A DNA stretch of 50,729 bases from Verrucomicrobiota bacterium (GTDB taxonomy: Bacteria > Verrucomicrobiota > Verrucomicrobiia > Limisphaerales > CANJSG01): positions 1 to 50,729 of the forward strand of contig JBBQXJ010000030.1 in the NCBI GenBank assembly GCA_038209745.1. The letters are read 5' to 3'. This document shows positions 10,701 through 19,288 of this stretch, piece by piece. A program made the translations under genes and the position numbers. Positions within the stretch are counted from its first letter, which is position 1, and each line of letters opens with the position of its first letter. The notes beneath the pieces were generated by a model. It worked only from the letters and a program-made list of their open reading frames with translations. It was not told the origin of the DNA and ran no database searches.

Positions 10701-12908
10701 GTTCGAGTTCGGCGCGAGCCCGCCGGTGCCGTGGTCCCAGACGAGCTGCACGTTGTCCATGGTCCAGTCCCAGCGCGCGGGCGAAGTCGAGTAGTAGGGA
10801 ACCCAGCCGTGGAAGGCCGCGTTGGTCGCGGGGTTGGACGACGGGTCGGTGCCGAGCCGGATCTCGTCCTTGTCGCTGACCCCGTCGCCGTCGGAGTCGG
10901 CCAGATTGGGATTGCTGGGCAGGATGCCGCGCACCTCGGCGTAGTCGGACAAACCGTCATGGTCGCTGTCGGCGGTCAGCGCGTTCGCGGCCGACTCTTC
11001 GCCGTCCATCAGTCCGTCGCCGTCGGTGTCGGGATTGCGCGGATCGCTGCCGCGCTGGAATTCCTGGAGATTGGTCAGCCCGTCGCCGTCCGAATCCGTG
11101 GCGGCCAGGGTCGGAGTGCCGGGTTCCAGTCCGTATTTCACCTCCCACCAGTCGGGGATGCCGCTGCCATCGGCGTCCAGGGTGGCGTCGATGATCTGCA
11201 CCGCGTGCAGGCCCACGCCCCAACTGCCGAGGTTGTTCACCGTGATCCTGGCATTGGGCGAGGTCAGACCGGCGTAGCGCACGTAGTTGCCATGGTGGAA
11301 ATCCGCGTCGCCGATCGGCATCTGGATGAAGCGGCGCTCCGGCGAGGAGCTTTGGGAGAGGAAGTAGCAACCGGTGGCCGGATCGTTGTTCAACAGCACC
11401 TGGCCGTAGCCGCCTTCGGACGAGCCGCCGACGTGGACGTAGAGGTCGTAGTGGGCGAACGGGATGTTCGTGAGACTGAGCACGACCGGCTGCGTCTCGG
11501 TGGAACGGAGCATTCCGTCCATCAGCCGCTGGTCGGGCGTGGCGCGGTTCTGGTTCGCATAGGGCGCGGCGGCGGTCCAACCAAAGGTCAATCCCGGCAC
11601 GGCCGCACCGTCGCAGCGGACGAGCTGGTTGGTCGCCGGCCGGACGATGTCGGTGGTTCCCCCGTTGGTGCGGGAAAAGGTCTGCATGGGGAGCGTCTCG
11701 TTCCACAGCATCTGCGGCACGACGCCGGCAATGTCGTTCGTGGCCAGCCCGCCGTCCCGGTCCGCCGTGGAGACGAAGTGCAGGCCGATGGCGCCGCGAA
11801 ATACGGTGGGCTTGGAAGAGGCGCTGTTGGGGTTGGTCCCCACGCGGCGCTCCCATGCGTCGGAAAAGCCGTCGCCATCCGTGTCGGCCAGCAGCGGTGA
11901 GGTCATCGGCGAACCGTGCACCTCGTCGTAGTCGCTGAGACCGTCGCCATCGGTGTCCATGAGCAAGGGATTGGTACCCAGCGCGCGCTCCTCCCCGTCG
12001 CTCAGGCCATCATGGTCGGTGTCGGCCATGTGTGGATCGGTGGATTGAAAGCCGCCGTTGTATTCCTGAAGATTGGTCAATCCGTCGTGGTCCGGATCCA
12101 TCGCGGCGTCGGTGGGATCGGAATCGCTGAGCTGATGGTCCAGTTCCCACCAGCGGGGCAACCCGTCGTGGTCCGCGTCGGCCAGGGCGTTGGTGTCGGC
12201 CTCCAGCTGGACGAAGTCGAACTGCACCCAATGGCTGATGCCGGCCACCTTCGGTCCGGTACGGACGAATTCGATGGTCTGGGGACCCGCGCGGGCGGCG
12301 ACGTTCGTGGCCGCGAAGTCCAACGTCACCCGCGTGTCGCGCTCCACCGGGCCGCTCCAGAGCAGGTTCGTGGCGGTGGCGGAGCGGAAGCGCACCTCCA
12401 CATCGTGCCGGCCGAAGCCCTCGCCGCTCTTGTTTATCGGCGAGCCATACCAGAAGCCGCCGTTGACCAGTTCGAAGCTCAAGCGCAAGCGGGACTCCGC
12501 TCCGGCCTCGGCGGGGGTGAGGATGAAGTGGACGCGGTTCGTGGGATCGGACGTGGTCAGGGCGCGCTCGAAGCCCTTGTCGTCCTCGGCGAAAGCCATC
12601 ACGAGATTGGTCGTCAGGCTGTTGAACCCGATCGGGAAGGTGCCGGCCATGTAGTGGTCGTCGTCCTTGGCGGGGTTGTTCGTGCTGTAGAGCGGATCCT
12701 CGGGCCGACGCGTGACCCGGCCGGGAGGTTTGTTCGGCGAACCGCTTTCGGGGGAAAACTCGTCCGAGGGATTGTAACCGGAGCGGAGCGGATCTTCGTC
12801 CACGCCGATCAGCCACACCGTCTGCGGTGCGGCGGAAAGGGCCGGAGCGGCTGCCAATCCCAGGATCAAGGCCAGGGTCCGGATAAGACGTTGGACAGTC
12901 GCACGCAT
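7791..12908 (-). CDS. Giant secreted DUF1800-domain protein with an N-terminal beta-sandwich domain and many DxDxDG (TSP3-like, Ca-binding) repeats
   Basis: Signal peptide MRATVQRLIRTLALILGLAAAPALSA; repeated DTDGDGLSD/DADHDGLP motifs; C-terminal DUF1800 motifs ARLLQQATFGPT, DQLRQRVAFALSQILV, PDENYAREVEQLFTVGL, RLKEP, APSVFNFF. Confidence 0.9.
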   Translation of the reverse strand: MRATVQRLIRTLALILGLAAAPALSAAPQTVWLIGVDEDPLRSGYNPSDEFSPESGSPNKPPGRVTRRPEDPLYSTNNPAKDDDHYMAGTFPIGFNSLTTNLVMAFAEDDKGFERALTTSDPTNRVHFILTPAEAGAESRLRLSFELVNGGFWYGSPINKSGEGFGRHDVEVRFRSATATNLLWSGPVERDTRVTLDFAATNVAARAGPQTIEFVRTGPKVAGISHWVQFDFVQLEADTNALADADHDGLPRWWELDHQLSDSDPTDAAMDPDHDGLTNLQEYNGGFQSTDPHMADTDHDGLSDGEERALGTNPLLMDTDGDGLSDYDEVHGSPMTSPLLADTDGDGFSDAWERRVGTNPNSASSKPTVFRGAIGLHFVSTADRDGGLATNDIAGVVPQMLWNETLPMQTFSRTNGGTTDIVRPATNQLVRCDGAAVPGLTFGWTAAAPYANQNRATPDQRLMDGMLRSTETQPVVLSLTNIPFAHYDLYVHVGGSSEGGYGQVLLNNDPATGCYFLSQSSSPERRFIQMPIGDADFHHGNYVRYAGLTSPNARITVNNLGSWGVGLHAVQIIDATLDADGSGIPDWWEVKYGLEPGTPTLAATDSDGDGLTNLQEFQRGSDPRNPDTDGDGLMDGEESAANALTADSDHDGLSDYAEVRGILPSNPNLADSDGDGVSDKDEIRLGTDPSSNPATNAAFHGWVPYYSTSPARWDWTMDNVQLVWDHGTGGLAPNSNNEDTMLSFGVQNAGTNNWRSIGMELRYFKGSVSYLFHSERTGAFSQQKQPTSSIWQAEYGTFVPDLKTALGFSGYGATDLSDRLRFRTFAQRAATTNLWTLTFEIRNQTRGTIVLSKVYTNSTAAPSLDDGTALWTDFSGRTNQVNVTVHPGVRLFLTPTPLESLPAFAAAKDTDKDGMPDVWEDAHGFDKNSAADATQDADHDGLSNRDEFLAGTDPHNPDTDGDGVSDSVELANGSNPLSAAKRPDLAGKPWPIGEDLDGDGLPDAWAARYGAAGLDPNGDADGDGLSNAQEARLGTDPFDPNSGVFLAMSHQTNDVVLAWSEQPQKRQRLFSSTTLTNWIEVPLVPLTGNGWSNVRLTNRMAGAPFEFYRVVTEDRDSDGDGVSDWTEVLLGTDPFRADSSRLPTAMVDARGDVIGTVSGDYATLVEALRADPATNGATRAQAARLLQQATFGPTSAELDRVQALGIVGWIDDQITKQPATLHRRYIEQIYADFRGARTDLTYSFNKDNDYINGNNLTTSFARAAIAGKDQLRQRVAFALSQILVASRRDANLENRPLGMADYYDIFVRNAFGNYADILREVTFHPVMGRYLSSVGNQKARPEVNQFPDENYAREVEQLFTVGLWELNPDGSRKLDAEGQPIPTYGNGQITEFARVFTGMWFGGQSWGSGGWNDDDYTVPMQLWTEKHDFAEKTLLHGFVIPARAPSAENAIRDVDDAIRSLFEHPNTGPFIGRQLVQFLVTSNPSSNYVARVSAVFANDGTDRRGNLAAVVKAILLDPEARQPVAFLGQPQFGRLKEPVQRAMAIHRVGRLDRYTNLLWWTWGEFGAKAFQEPTYAPSVFNFFRPTYQPPGLLADHSLVAPAFQILDSYSSISLPNLLWDLSEDGITHYGDYAFQPDYSALIGLANDPRKLADEVNLLFCGGSMSSLTRDALLGAVAQVPSYDTTMRVRLAVYIAATSPEGAVQR

Positions 12909-13057
12909 GCGTCGGGGAACTGAGCAGGACCCTAGCCATCCCGGCCGGATTGTCCACCGGCGGTAGAACCCGGCGGTGGCAGAAGGGAATGGCCCGTTCT
13001 CTCGGGCGAGAAAAGCCGGATGCTCCCGTCTTTCGCGCCCCTGCAAACGGGGCCGGT

Positions 13058-13795
13058 TCAGCGGAAAAGGAACGGCATCGGATCCAGCGGAGGCATCACC
13101 AGGGGGCGATTGGTCGAAGTGGTCGAATCGACGACTCCGGCTGGAGGCCCGGCCGCCGCCGTCATCCGCTTGAGAAACGATTCCGGACCATCGACCCCGA
13201 TCGTCCGCAGATGGATCCGCTCATGGCCGTTCTGGTCCAGGAAGACCGAGGTGGGAAACGCGGACACGGCGTAGAGCCGGAGCAAAGACTCGACGGCGGG
13301 ATCCGACTGGTTGCTGACGTCGGCCTTGAGCATCACGAAGTTCGTCGCCGCATCGACCACGCGCTGTCGGGAAAAGGTTTCGCGCTCCATCAACTGGCAT
13401 GGCCCGCACCAGGAGGCCCAGAAATCGATGATCACCGGCTTGCCCTCGGTCTTCGCGGCGGCGATGGCTTCCTCCGAATACGGCCTCCACGGCATCTCCG
13501 CTTCGGCGGGCGCCGGCATCGTCCAGCGGAGGGCGGCGAAGACAAAGGCCATCCCGGCGATGCTGCGGACGATCAGCGGCTGTTTCACCGGCAACGGCGA
13601 GGTGTCGAAGAGCCAGAGGAATAGCCCGCCGATCAGCAGGATCATCGAGACGAGATACGACGACGGACTGCTGCTGAAGGTGAACTGCACCGCGCCCACG
13701 ACCACGGCGGCGAGGAAGAATCCGGCGGCCTTGAAAGCAAAGGCGCGCCACTGGGCACTGGCGGCATCGGGTGAAGGCATGACGGACATCGGCAA
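13058..13795 (-). CDS. Membrane-anchored thioredoxin-like protein (DsbD gamma-like)
   Basis: About 3 TM helices followed by GKPVIIDFWASWCGPCQLMERETF (CxxC). Confidence 0.85.
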   Translation of the reverse strand: MPMSVMPSPDAASAQWRAFAFKAAGFFLAAVVVGAVQFTFSSSPSSYLVSMILLIGGLFLWLFDTSPLPVKQPLIVRSIAGMAFVFAALRWTMPAPAEAEMPWRPYSEEAIAAAKTEGKPVIIDFWASWCGPCQLMERETFSRQRVVDAATNFVMLKADVSNQSDPAVESLLRLYAVSAFPTSVFLDQNGHERIHLRTIGVDGPESFLKRMTAAAGPPAGVVDSTTSTNRPLVMPPLDPMPFLFR

Positions 13796-13876
13796 TCAAG
13801 ATGGCGCACCGAGGAAAATAAGCGAGCACCAGGGGACGGTCGAGATGGGCTGCCGGTTCGATTCTTTCGGCGGTTT

Positions 13877-14191
13877 TCAACCGACATCGACAGCTGCTTC
13901 TCGCCCTTCTTTTGATCCCTTTTCAGACAGCTCAGCCAGCACCCGGACAAGCATGCGCGTTAGCAGCGCGGACGCCGTTACGATGAAGACAACGGCGATA
14001 TAGACGATCAGGCGGGAACTCGGTTCTTCCGAAGATCGCGTGAGCGCGACGAGCAGGTAGCCGGAGACCGATGCGAGGAAGGCATACATGAAGACGCCCC
14101 AGCCCAGCCAGAAACGGCGTGCTCCGGCGATTCCCCACCGTCGAACCGCTGGACTCTCCGCGAGATTGATCTGTTTTGTGTAGATGCTCAT
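13877..14191 (-). CDS. Small hypothetical membrane protein
   Basis: 104 aa with two hydrophobic segments; co-oriented with and tightly packed between its neighbours. Confidence 0.55.
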   Translation of the reverse strand: MSIYTKQINLAESPAVRRWGIAGARRFWLGWGVFMYAFLASVSGYLLVALTRSSEEPSSRLIVYIAVVFIVTASALLTRMLVRVLAELSEKGSKEGREAAVDVG

Positions 14192-14215
14192 GGCCTGTCC
14201 TTCGTTTTGGACCGC

Positions 14216-14587
14216 TCAAATCGGCGGTTCAGCTTTCGCCCCGTCGCTATGCTTTGCCTCCGCTTCTCTCCTTTGGGCGATCAGACCAGCAAGGTTGACA
14301 ATCAAACTAGCCGCAAGAAGAACACCGCCCATTGTCGACAGCCATGGCGGGGCCGCGTGGCCGATCTCTCGGGAAAGAAGAATCAAGGCGAAAGCCGCCG
14401 CACAAAGCAGGCTCCAGACCTGCGAGTATTTTGGCATGCCGAGCCGGGCTTTCATGGCATTTCGAATGGTCCTGAATTGGTTTCCAGTCAACAACCGTTC
14501 GGCCTGGGCAGTGTCGTGATCCGAAAGCGTCTCTTGGCGGAGCGCAATACCGATGGTGCCGAGGATTTGCCGATATTTGAGAGGCAC
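14216..14587 (-). CDS. Small hypothetical membrane protein
   Basis: 123 aa with two C-terminal TM segments; starts 6 bp after the stop of the RsmB-like gene. Confidence 0.5.
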   Translation of the reverse strand: MPLKYRQILGTIGIALRQETLSDHDTAQAERLLTGNQFRTIRNAMKARLGMPKYSQVWSLLCAAAFALILLSREIGHAAPPWLSTMGGVLLAASLIVNLAGLIAQRREAEAKHSDGAKAEPPI

Positions 14588-14593
14588 GTTTGC

Positions 14594-15754
14594 CTACAAG
14601 CCGTCGTCGTCATCGTCGGAATGGTCGCCTTCGCCCGCCCGGGTCTTCGGCTTCTTCCAGGAGGCGACGAAGCGGCCGTGGCCGCCGAACTCCTGCGGCC
14701 AGATCCATTGGGTGGCCGGACCGTTCTCGGTCAAGGGGCAGGGTTCCAGCTCGGGGTGTTTCGCGGAAAAAGCCTTCACCACGTCGGTGGTTTCGGACCG
14801 GGTCACCGTGCGGACGCTGTAGACCAGACGGCCGCCGTTTTTGAGCGTGCCGACGACGTCTTCCAGCAGGCTGAGCTGGGCGGTGGCGAATCCGGCGAGC
14901 GCCTGGGGCGAGGCGGTCCAACGGGCCTGCGGATTCTGCTGCCACGTGCCGAGGCCGGAGCAGGGGGCGTCGACCAGCACGCCGTTGAACTTGCCTTCGC
15001 GGGGCGGCCTGGCTCCGGCGTTCCAAACGGCGACGCGGTAGTTGTCGAGCCGGACGTGCTTCAGGCGGACGATGAGCTGTTTGAGCCGGAGGTCGGCGGA
15101 ATCGGTCGCCCAGACGACGCCCTTGTTCTCCATCGATTCGCAGAGCTGGAGGGCGTGCGCGCCGTCGCCGGTGCGGACGTCCCACCAGAAGTCGCCGTGG
15201 CGCGGGCGGCAGAGGGAGACGAGCACCTGCGAGGCGATGTCCTGGATCTCGAACACGCCGATCTGGTATTCGCGGGCTTTGAAGAGGTCGTTCTTTCCGT
15301 CGTAGCGGATGGCGTCGGGCGAGAGCGGCTGGTCGGGCAGGTGCGATGCGGAAAACTTGGTGGCCAGCTTGGCGGCGCGGCCGGGCCGGGCGCGGACCCA
15401 GGTGGCGGGCGCGGTTTGGAGGGCGCGCAGCCATGCGGGGGAACAGGCCACTTCGGCATGGGCCCACGCGGGCACCGCGCGGAGCATCTCCTCGTCGGAG
15501 AAAGTCTCGGGATGGTCGCGGAAACGGGCTGCGAGCTCCAGGGCCTGGGTGATGCGGGCCGGGACGGGGGCGGCCTGGTCGAGCCAGCCGAACCAGCGGA
15601 AATAGGCGGCAACGGCGCGTTCGGTCTGGGCGGCGGTGCGGGGCGCGACGTGGCCGGCTTCGCGGGACACGACACGGAGGACGGCGTCGACGGAACGCTC
15701 GGGCGTGGTCAGTTCGATGACTTGGGCGGCAAGACTGAGCGCACGTGAATCCAT
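14594..15754 (-). CDS. RsmB/NOP2-family RNA m5C methyltransferase-like protein with degenerate catalytic motifs
   Basis: FEIQDIASQ and VLVDAPCSGLGTW are present. Motif I reads DVRTGDGAH and motif VI reads LVYSVRT, with no Cys. Confidence 0.85.
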   Translation of the reverse strand: MDSRALSLAAQVIELTTPERSVDAVLRVVSREAGHVAPRTAAQTERAVAAYFRWFGWLDQAAPVPARITQALELAARFRDHPETFSDEEMLRAVPAWAHAEVACSPAWLRALQTAPATWVRARPGRAAKLATKFSASHLPDQPLSPDAIRYDGKNDLFKAREYQIGVFEIQDIASQVLVSLCRPRHGDFWWDVRTGDGAHALQLCESMENKGVVWATDSADLRLKQLIVRLKHVRLDNYRVAVWNAGARPPREGKFNGVLVDAPCSGLGTWQQNPQARWTASPQALAGFATAQLSLLEDVVGTLKNGGRLVYSVRTVTRSETTDVVKAFSAKHPELEPCPLTENGPATQWIWPQEFGGHGRFVASWKKPKTRAGEGDHSDDDDDGL

Positions 15755-15796
15755 GAGAGACAGAGCGTGGCAGGGAAGCGGGACGGGCGGCAACAC

Positions 15797-17200
15797 CTAG
15801 CGCAGGAACCGACACACTAGGTCGAATCCCTTGTCGTCGTCCTTGGCGTAGGGCCTGGCCTTCCCGCCGTCGTCTTTGCGGTCGGGACCGACGGAATACA
15901 GGATCCAACCCGAGCCGGCCGCTTGGTAGATCAGCCTTTCACCGGTAAACGGATCCATCAGCGCCTCCATCCCGGTGTCCATCGCGACGGCGTCGAGATT
16001 GGGTGGCGATTCCCCGTTGTGGCCTTTTCGGTAGGCTTCCACGGCTAACGCTGTCTTCGTGATCTGCTCCCACGCCAGCACGACCGCTTCCCGGGGGGGA
16101 AACCTGGCGAGTGCCGGAAGCATCATGCCAGAAATGATGTATTTCGCGGCGCTAAGACGAGTGATCTGTTCGCGCAATTCCGCGACTCGTTCGAAGCGAT
16201 CTGGAAAGGGTTCGTGTGGCCACGTCACCACCGAGTTCATCGCTTTCAAATACTCGGTCTTGTCCATTTCCCAGTGTCCGGTCGTCCGCATGACCGTGAG
16301 TCCCAAACCCACGTAGAAGCGGGATAGTGGAGAGCCGGCCAATGACCTTTCGCTTTCGTCGACGGAGAGGAATTCGTCCACAGAACAGTGGTAGAACTTG
16401 AGGATGGCAGGCACTTCGCCGGACATGCTGGCCTGGAAGCGCCCGGGTGGAAGGGTGCGGTCGAAGAGATTCCTCAAACGCGCCAGTTGGGAGTCATCCA
16501 AATCTGCGGACCAAAGGAGCCTTCGGCACATCGCCAGTTCCCGGTTCCGCATCTGTAGTTGGACCAAATAGCTGATCAAGAGCGGTTCCGAATCCAGCGT
16601 GGCCCGAAGCCGGGACGAGAGTTCCAATGAAGCCAGGACATCGTCCCAACGTCCGTCGATGCGGGCACATTCCGCTCGGACCAGCAACAAGTCCGAATCT
16701 ACCCGGAGCATAAGAAGATGCCGGACCAGCATCGACCACCCGTCCTTCAAGATGATCGGATAACGGTAGTAATGATTGGTCGAGGCAGTGGCCAAAGCAG
16801 CGAAGAACACCTCGTTGGAACTCGTGAGGGCGCGCATTCGGGCGACTTCCTCGGGTGGATATTGCTCGGTCGGGTCCGGCAATCTCCGGTAGTCCAGAAG
16901 TGAGATGTCTTGGATCAAGTTGCGGTTCGTCACCGTCAGTGCGTGCGCCGCGAGGATCGCCTCGGCGGATCGTTGGCCGGCCGGGGTGATCGGATACAGC
17001 GCTTCCAGTTCTCCGATTGTAGTCGCGATGCCGGCTTGCTGGAGGCGCAGCAATTGAGCGGCCGTGTTTCGCCGGAGATGGACGTGCCAGGCGATGAAGG
17101 CAATGAGGATCCCAGTGAAAACCAGTCCGGCGACGATCAATAGATTGCGACCGGTCCTCGACTTTCCGGGGTGCAACGGCGGTGGAGTCTCTTCCTTCAT
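15797..17200 (-). CDS. Membrane-anchored helical protein with a C-terminal GspG-like motif
   Basis: N-terminal TM; EPLLISYLV motif; C-terminal DPFTGERLIY...WILYSVGPDRKDDGG. Confidence 0.75.
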   Translation of the reverse strand: MKEETPPPLHPGKSRTGRNLLIVAGLVFTGILIAFIAWHVHLRRNTAAQLLRLQQAGIATTIGELEALYPITPAGQRSAEAILAAHALTVTNRNLIQDISLLDYRRLPDPTEQYPPEEVARMRALTSSNEVFFAALATASTNHYYRYPIILKDGWSMLVRHLLMLRVDSDLLLVRAECARIDGRWDDVLASLELSSRLRATLDSEPLLISYLVQLQMRNRELAMCRRLLWSADLDDSQLARLRNLFDRTLPPGRFQASMSGEVPAILKFYHCSVDEFLSVDESERSLAGSPLSRFYVGLGLTVMRTTGHWEMDKTEYLKAMNSVVTWPHEPFPDRFERVAELREQITRLSAAKYIISGMMLPALARFPPREAVVLAWEQITKTALAVEAYRKGHNGESPPNLDAVAMDTGMEALMDPFTGERLIYQAAGSGWILYSVGPDRKDDGGKARPYAKDDDKGFDLVCRFLR

Positions 17201-17262
17201 CGACCAGTTACTAGCCAAGGTGGCGGGCGAATGCAATCAGCCGAATGGTCCGGGGCGGGCGG

Positions 17263-18366
17263 CTAGGTGGGCCCGATTGAAACGCGTTCCAACGGCAGGA
17301 CCAATTGCCGTTCCATCCCTTCCGTGAGCCCGCTGACGCCCAGGCCGATCAGGCGGAGGGGTTGGTGGACGAGGCGTTCGCGGGCGAGGAGCCAGCAGCC
17401 GAGGCGGTAGATTTCGCGGGCTTCGGTCAGGGGTTCGTCCACGGAGATCTGGCGGGTCAAGGTGCGGAAGTCTCCGTAGCGCACCTTCACCTGCACGGTG
17501 AGCGCGGAGAGGCGGCGGCGCTGGAGCTTGGTGGCGATGTCGTCGGCCTGTTCCTTCAAACTGGCGCGCAAGGTGGGGCGGTCGTCGGTGTCGCGGAGGA
17601 AGGTGTTCTCGGCGCTGATGCTCTTGATGTCGTCGCCCAGTTCCAGCGCGCGGTCGTCGTCGCCGAAAGCGAAGCGTTTGAGCTGTGGACCCCAGGAACC
17701 GACCACGGAACGGAGATCGCCGGGATGATCCTGGAGATCGCCGACGGTTTTCAGGCCGACGCGGGTGAGCTGCTCACCGGTGACCTTGCCCACGCCGTGG
17801 AGCGCGCCAACGGGCAGGGGACGGAGGAAGGCGACCTTCTCCGAGTCGAGGACGAGGGTGAGGCCGTCGGGCTTTTGGAAGTCGCTGGCGAGCTTGGCCA
17901 GAAGCTTGTTCGGCGCGACGCCGATGCTGGCGGTGAGGCGGCGTTCGCGCTGGATGGTGTCCTTCAGCTCGCGGGCGAGCGGGAGGGCGCGCTGGAGGCT
18001 GTCGTCGGGATCGGTGCCTTGATGGGCGGGGGAGACGTCCAGGTAGGCTTCGTCGACCGAGACCTGTTGGATCGTGCCGCCGGCGAGGCGTTCGACGAGC
18101 GCCATGATTGCGCGTGATTCGTCGCGGTAGGCGTCCATGCGCGGGCGGAGGAAGACGCCGTTCGGACAAAGTCGTCCGGCGGTGGCGCTGGGCATGGCGG
18201 AGCGGATGCCGAATTTCCGCGCTTCGTAGCTGGCGGCGCAGACGACGCCGCGTTGGGAAGGAGGCGAGCCGACGATCACCGGGCGGCCCTTCAGCTTCGG
18301 ATCGTCGCGTTGCTCCACCGACGCGTAGAAGGCGTCCATGTCGAGATGGAGGATGACCCGGAACAT
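17263..18366 (-). CDS. dinB: DNA polymerase IV (Y family); in frame with the upstream dienelactone hydrolase
   Basis: ILHLDMDAFYASVE, RGVVCAASYEARKFGIRSAMP, SVDEAYLD, ASIGVAPNKLLAKLASDFQKPDG, LHGVG, LRLIGLGVS. Has its own ATG at 18366. Confidence 0.95.
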   Translation of the reverse strand: MFRVILHLDMDAFYASVEQRDDPKLKGRPVIVGSPPSQRGVVCAASYEARKFGIRSAMPSATAGRLCPNGVFLRPRMDAYRDESRAIMALVERLAGGTIQQVSVDEAYLDVSPAHQGTDPDDSLQRALPLARELKDTIQRERRLTASIGVAPNKLLAKLASDFQKPDGLTLVLDSEKVAFLRPLPVGALHGVGKVTGEQLTRVGLKTVGDLQDHPGDLRSVVGSWGPQLKRFAFGDDDRALELGDDIKSISAENTFLRDTDDRPTLRASLKEQADDIATKLQRRRLSALTVQVKVRYGDFRTLTRQISVDEPLTEAREIYRLGCWLLARERLVHQPLRLIGLGVSGLTEGMERQLVLPLERVSIGPT

Positions 18367-18396
18367 TGGCGGCGGTCGCGCGGAAAGGCGCTGCGC

Positions 18397-19185
18397 TCGG
18401 TGTCGGCTCTCGGCCGGACCAGCGGCGGCGGCTGGCTGGTCGCCTTCGCCGAGGCGACGATGGAAGAGCTCCAGGGCCATGAGCTGGCATTGCATGGCGA
18501 GGGCGGGATCGTAGCGGTGGCCTTCGTCGCGGAGGAAGGCGTGCTGGCCGTTGAACTCGTGCCAGGTGAAGTTCGCGTTCAGGTCGCAGAGCGCGTTGTA
18601 GATCTTCTTCCTGCCTTCCAGCGGAACATGCGGATCCTGTCGTCCCCAGAACAGGAGGAGCTCTCCCTTGATGTCCTTGGCCCGGGCCAACGTGTCGTCG
18701 CCGGTCTTGCTGAGGGAACCCTTGTGGATGTCGGTCGCGTAGAAGCAGACGGCGGCGAGGACGTCGGGATTGGTCGCGGCGGCGCGGAAGCTGAGGTGGC
18801 CGCCAATGCAGATGCCGAGCACGCCGAGCTTGCCGGTGCAGTCGGGGTGGGATTTGAGGAAGTCGAGCGCGGCGCGCGAGTCGCCGTCGAGTCCGCGCAG
18901 TTCCTTCTCCTGCTTCAGGGCGTTGCCGCGATCGGCGCCCTCCTGGTCGTAGGCCAGCACACAGCCGGGGACTTCGAATTCGTGCCAGATCTCGGGCACG
19001 ACGACCACGTAGCCGTGTCCGGCCAGCAACGCGTCCGTCCGCCGGATGGGCGAGGTGGCCTGGAAGATCTCCGAGTAAAGGACGAGGCCCGGGTATTTTC
19101 CGTTGGCCTGGGGACGAAAAATGTGGGCCTTCATCGGTCCGGTGGGCGTCTGGAGCTCGACGGACTCGGTGTCTTTGATCGTCAT
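18397..19185 (-). CDS. Dienelactone hydrolase family protein; no stop codon, reads through into dinB (single ORF 17263-19185)
   Basis: SEIFQ, G-I-C-I-G-G nucleophile motif, QDPHVP and HAFLRDEG (Cys-Asp-His triad). Confidence 0.9.
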
Positions 19186-19288
19186 GGTGGGCGTGACCGT
19201 AGGGCGTGTTCGACGGGAGGCAATGACCTTTGGGGTCCCGGAAGATTGGCCAGTTGTAAGGTGCGGGGTCCGGGTCCAACTTACTTCC

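Noticed and set aside
14810..18399. Systematic T-to-C editing or recoding (CGC for Cys in the RsmB-like gene, CGA for stop before dinB)
   Set aside because: Too few cases; other genes keep normal Cys and TGA codons, so independent changes are the simpler explanation.
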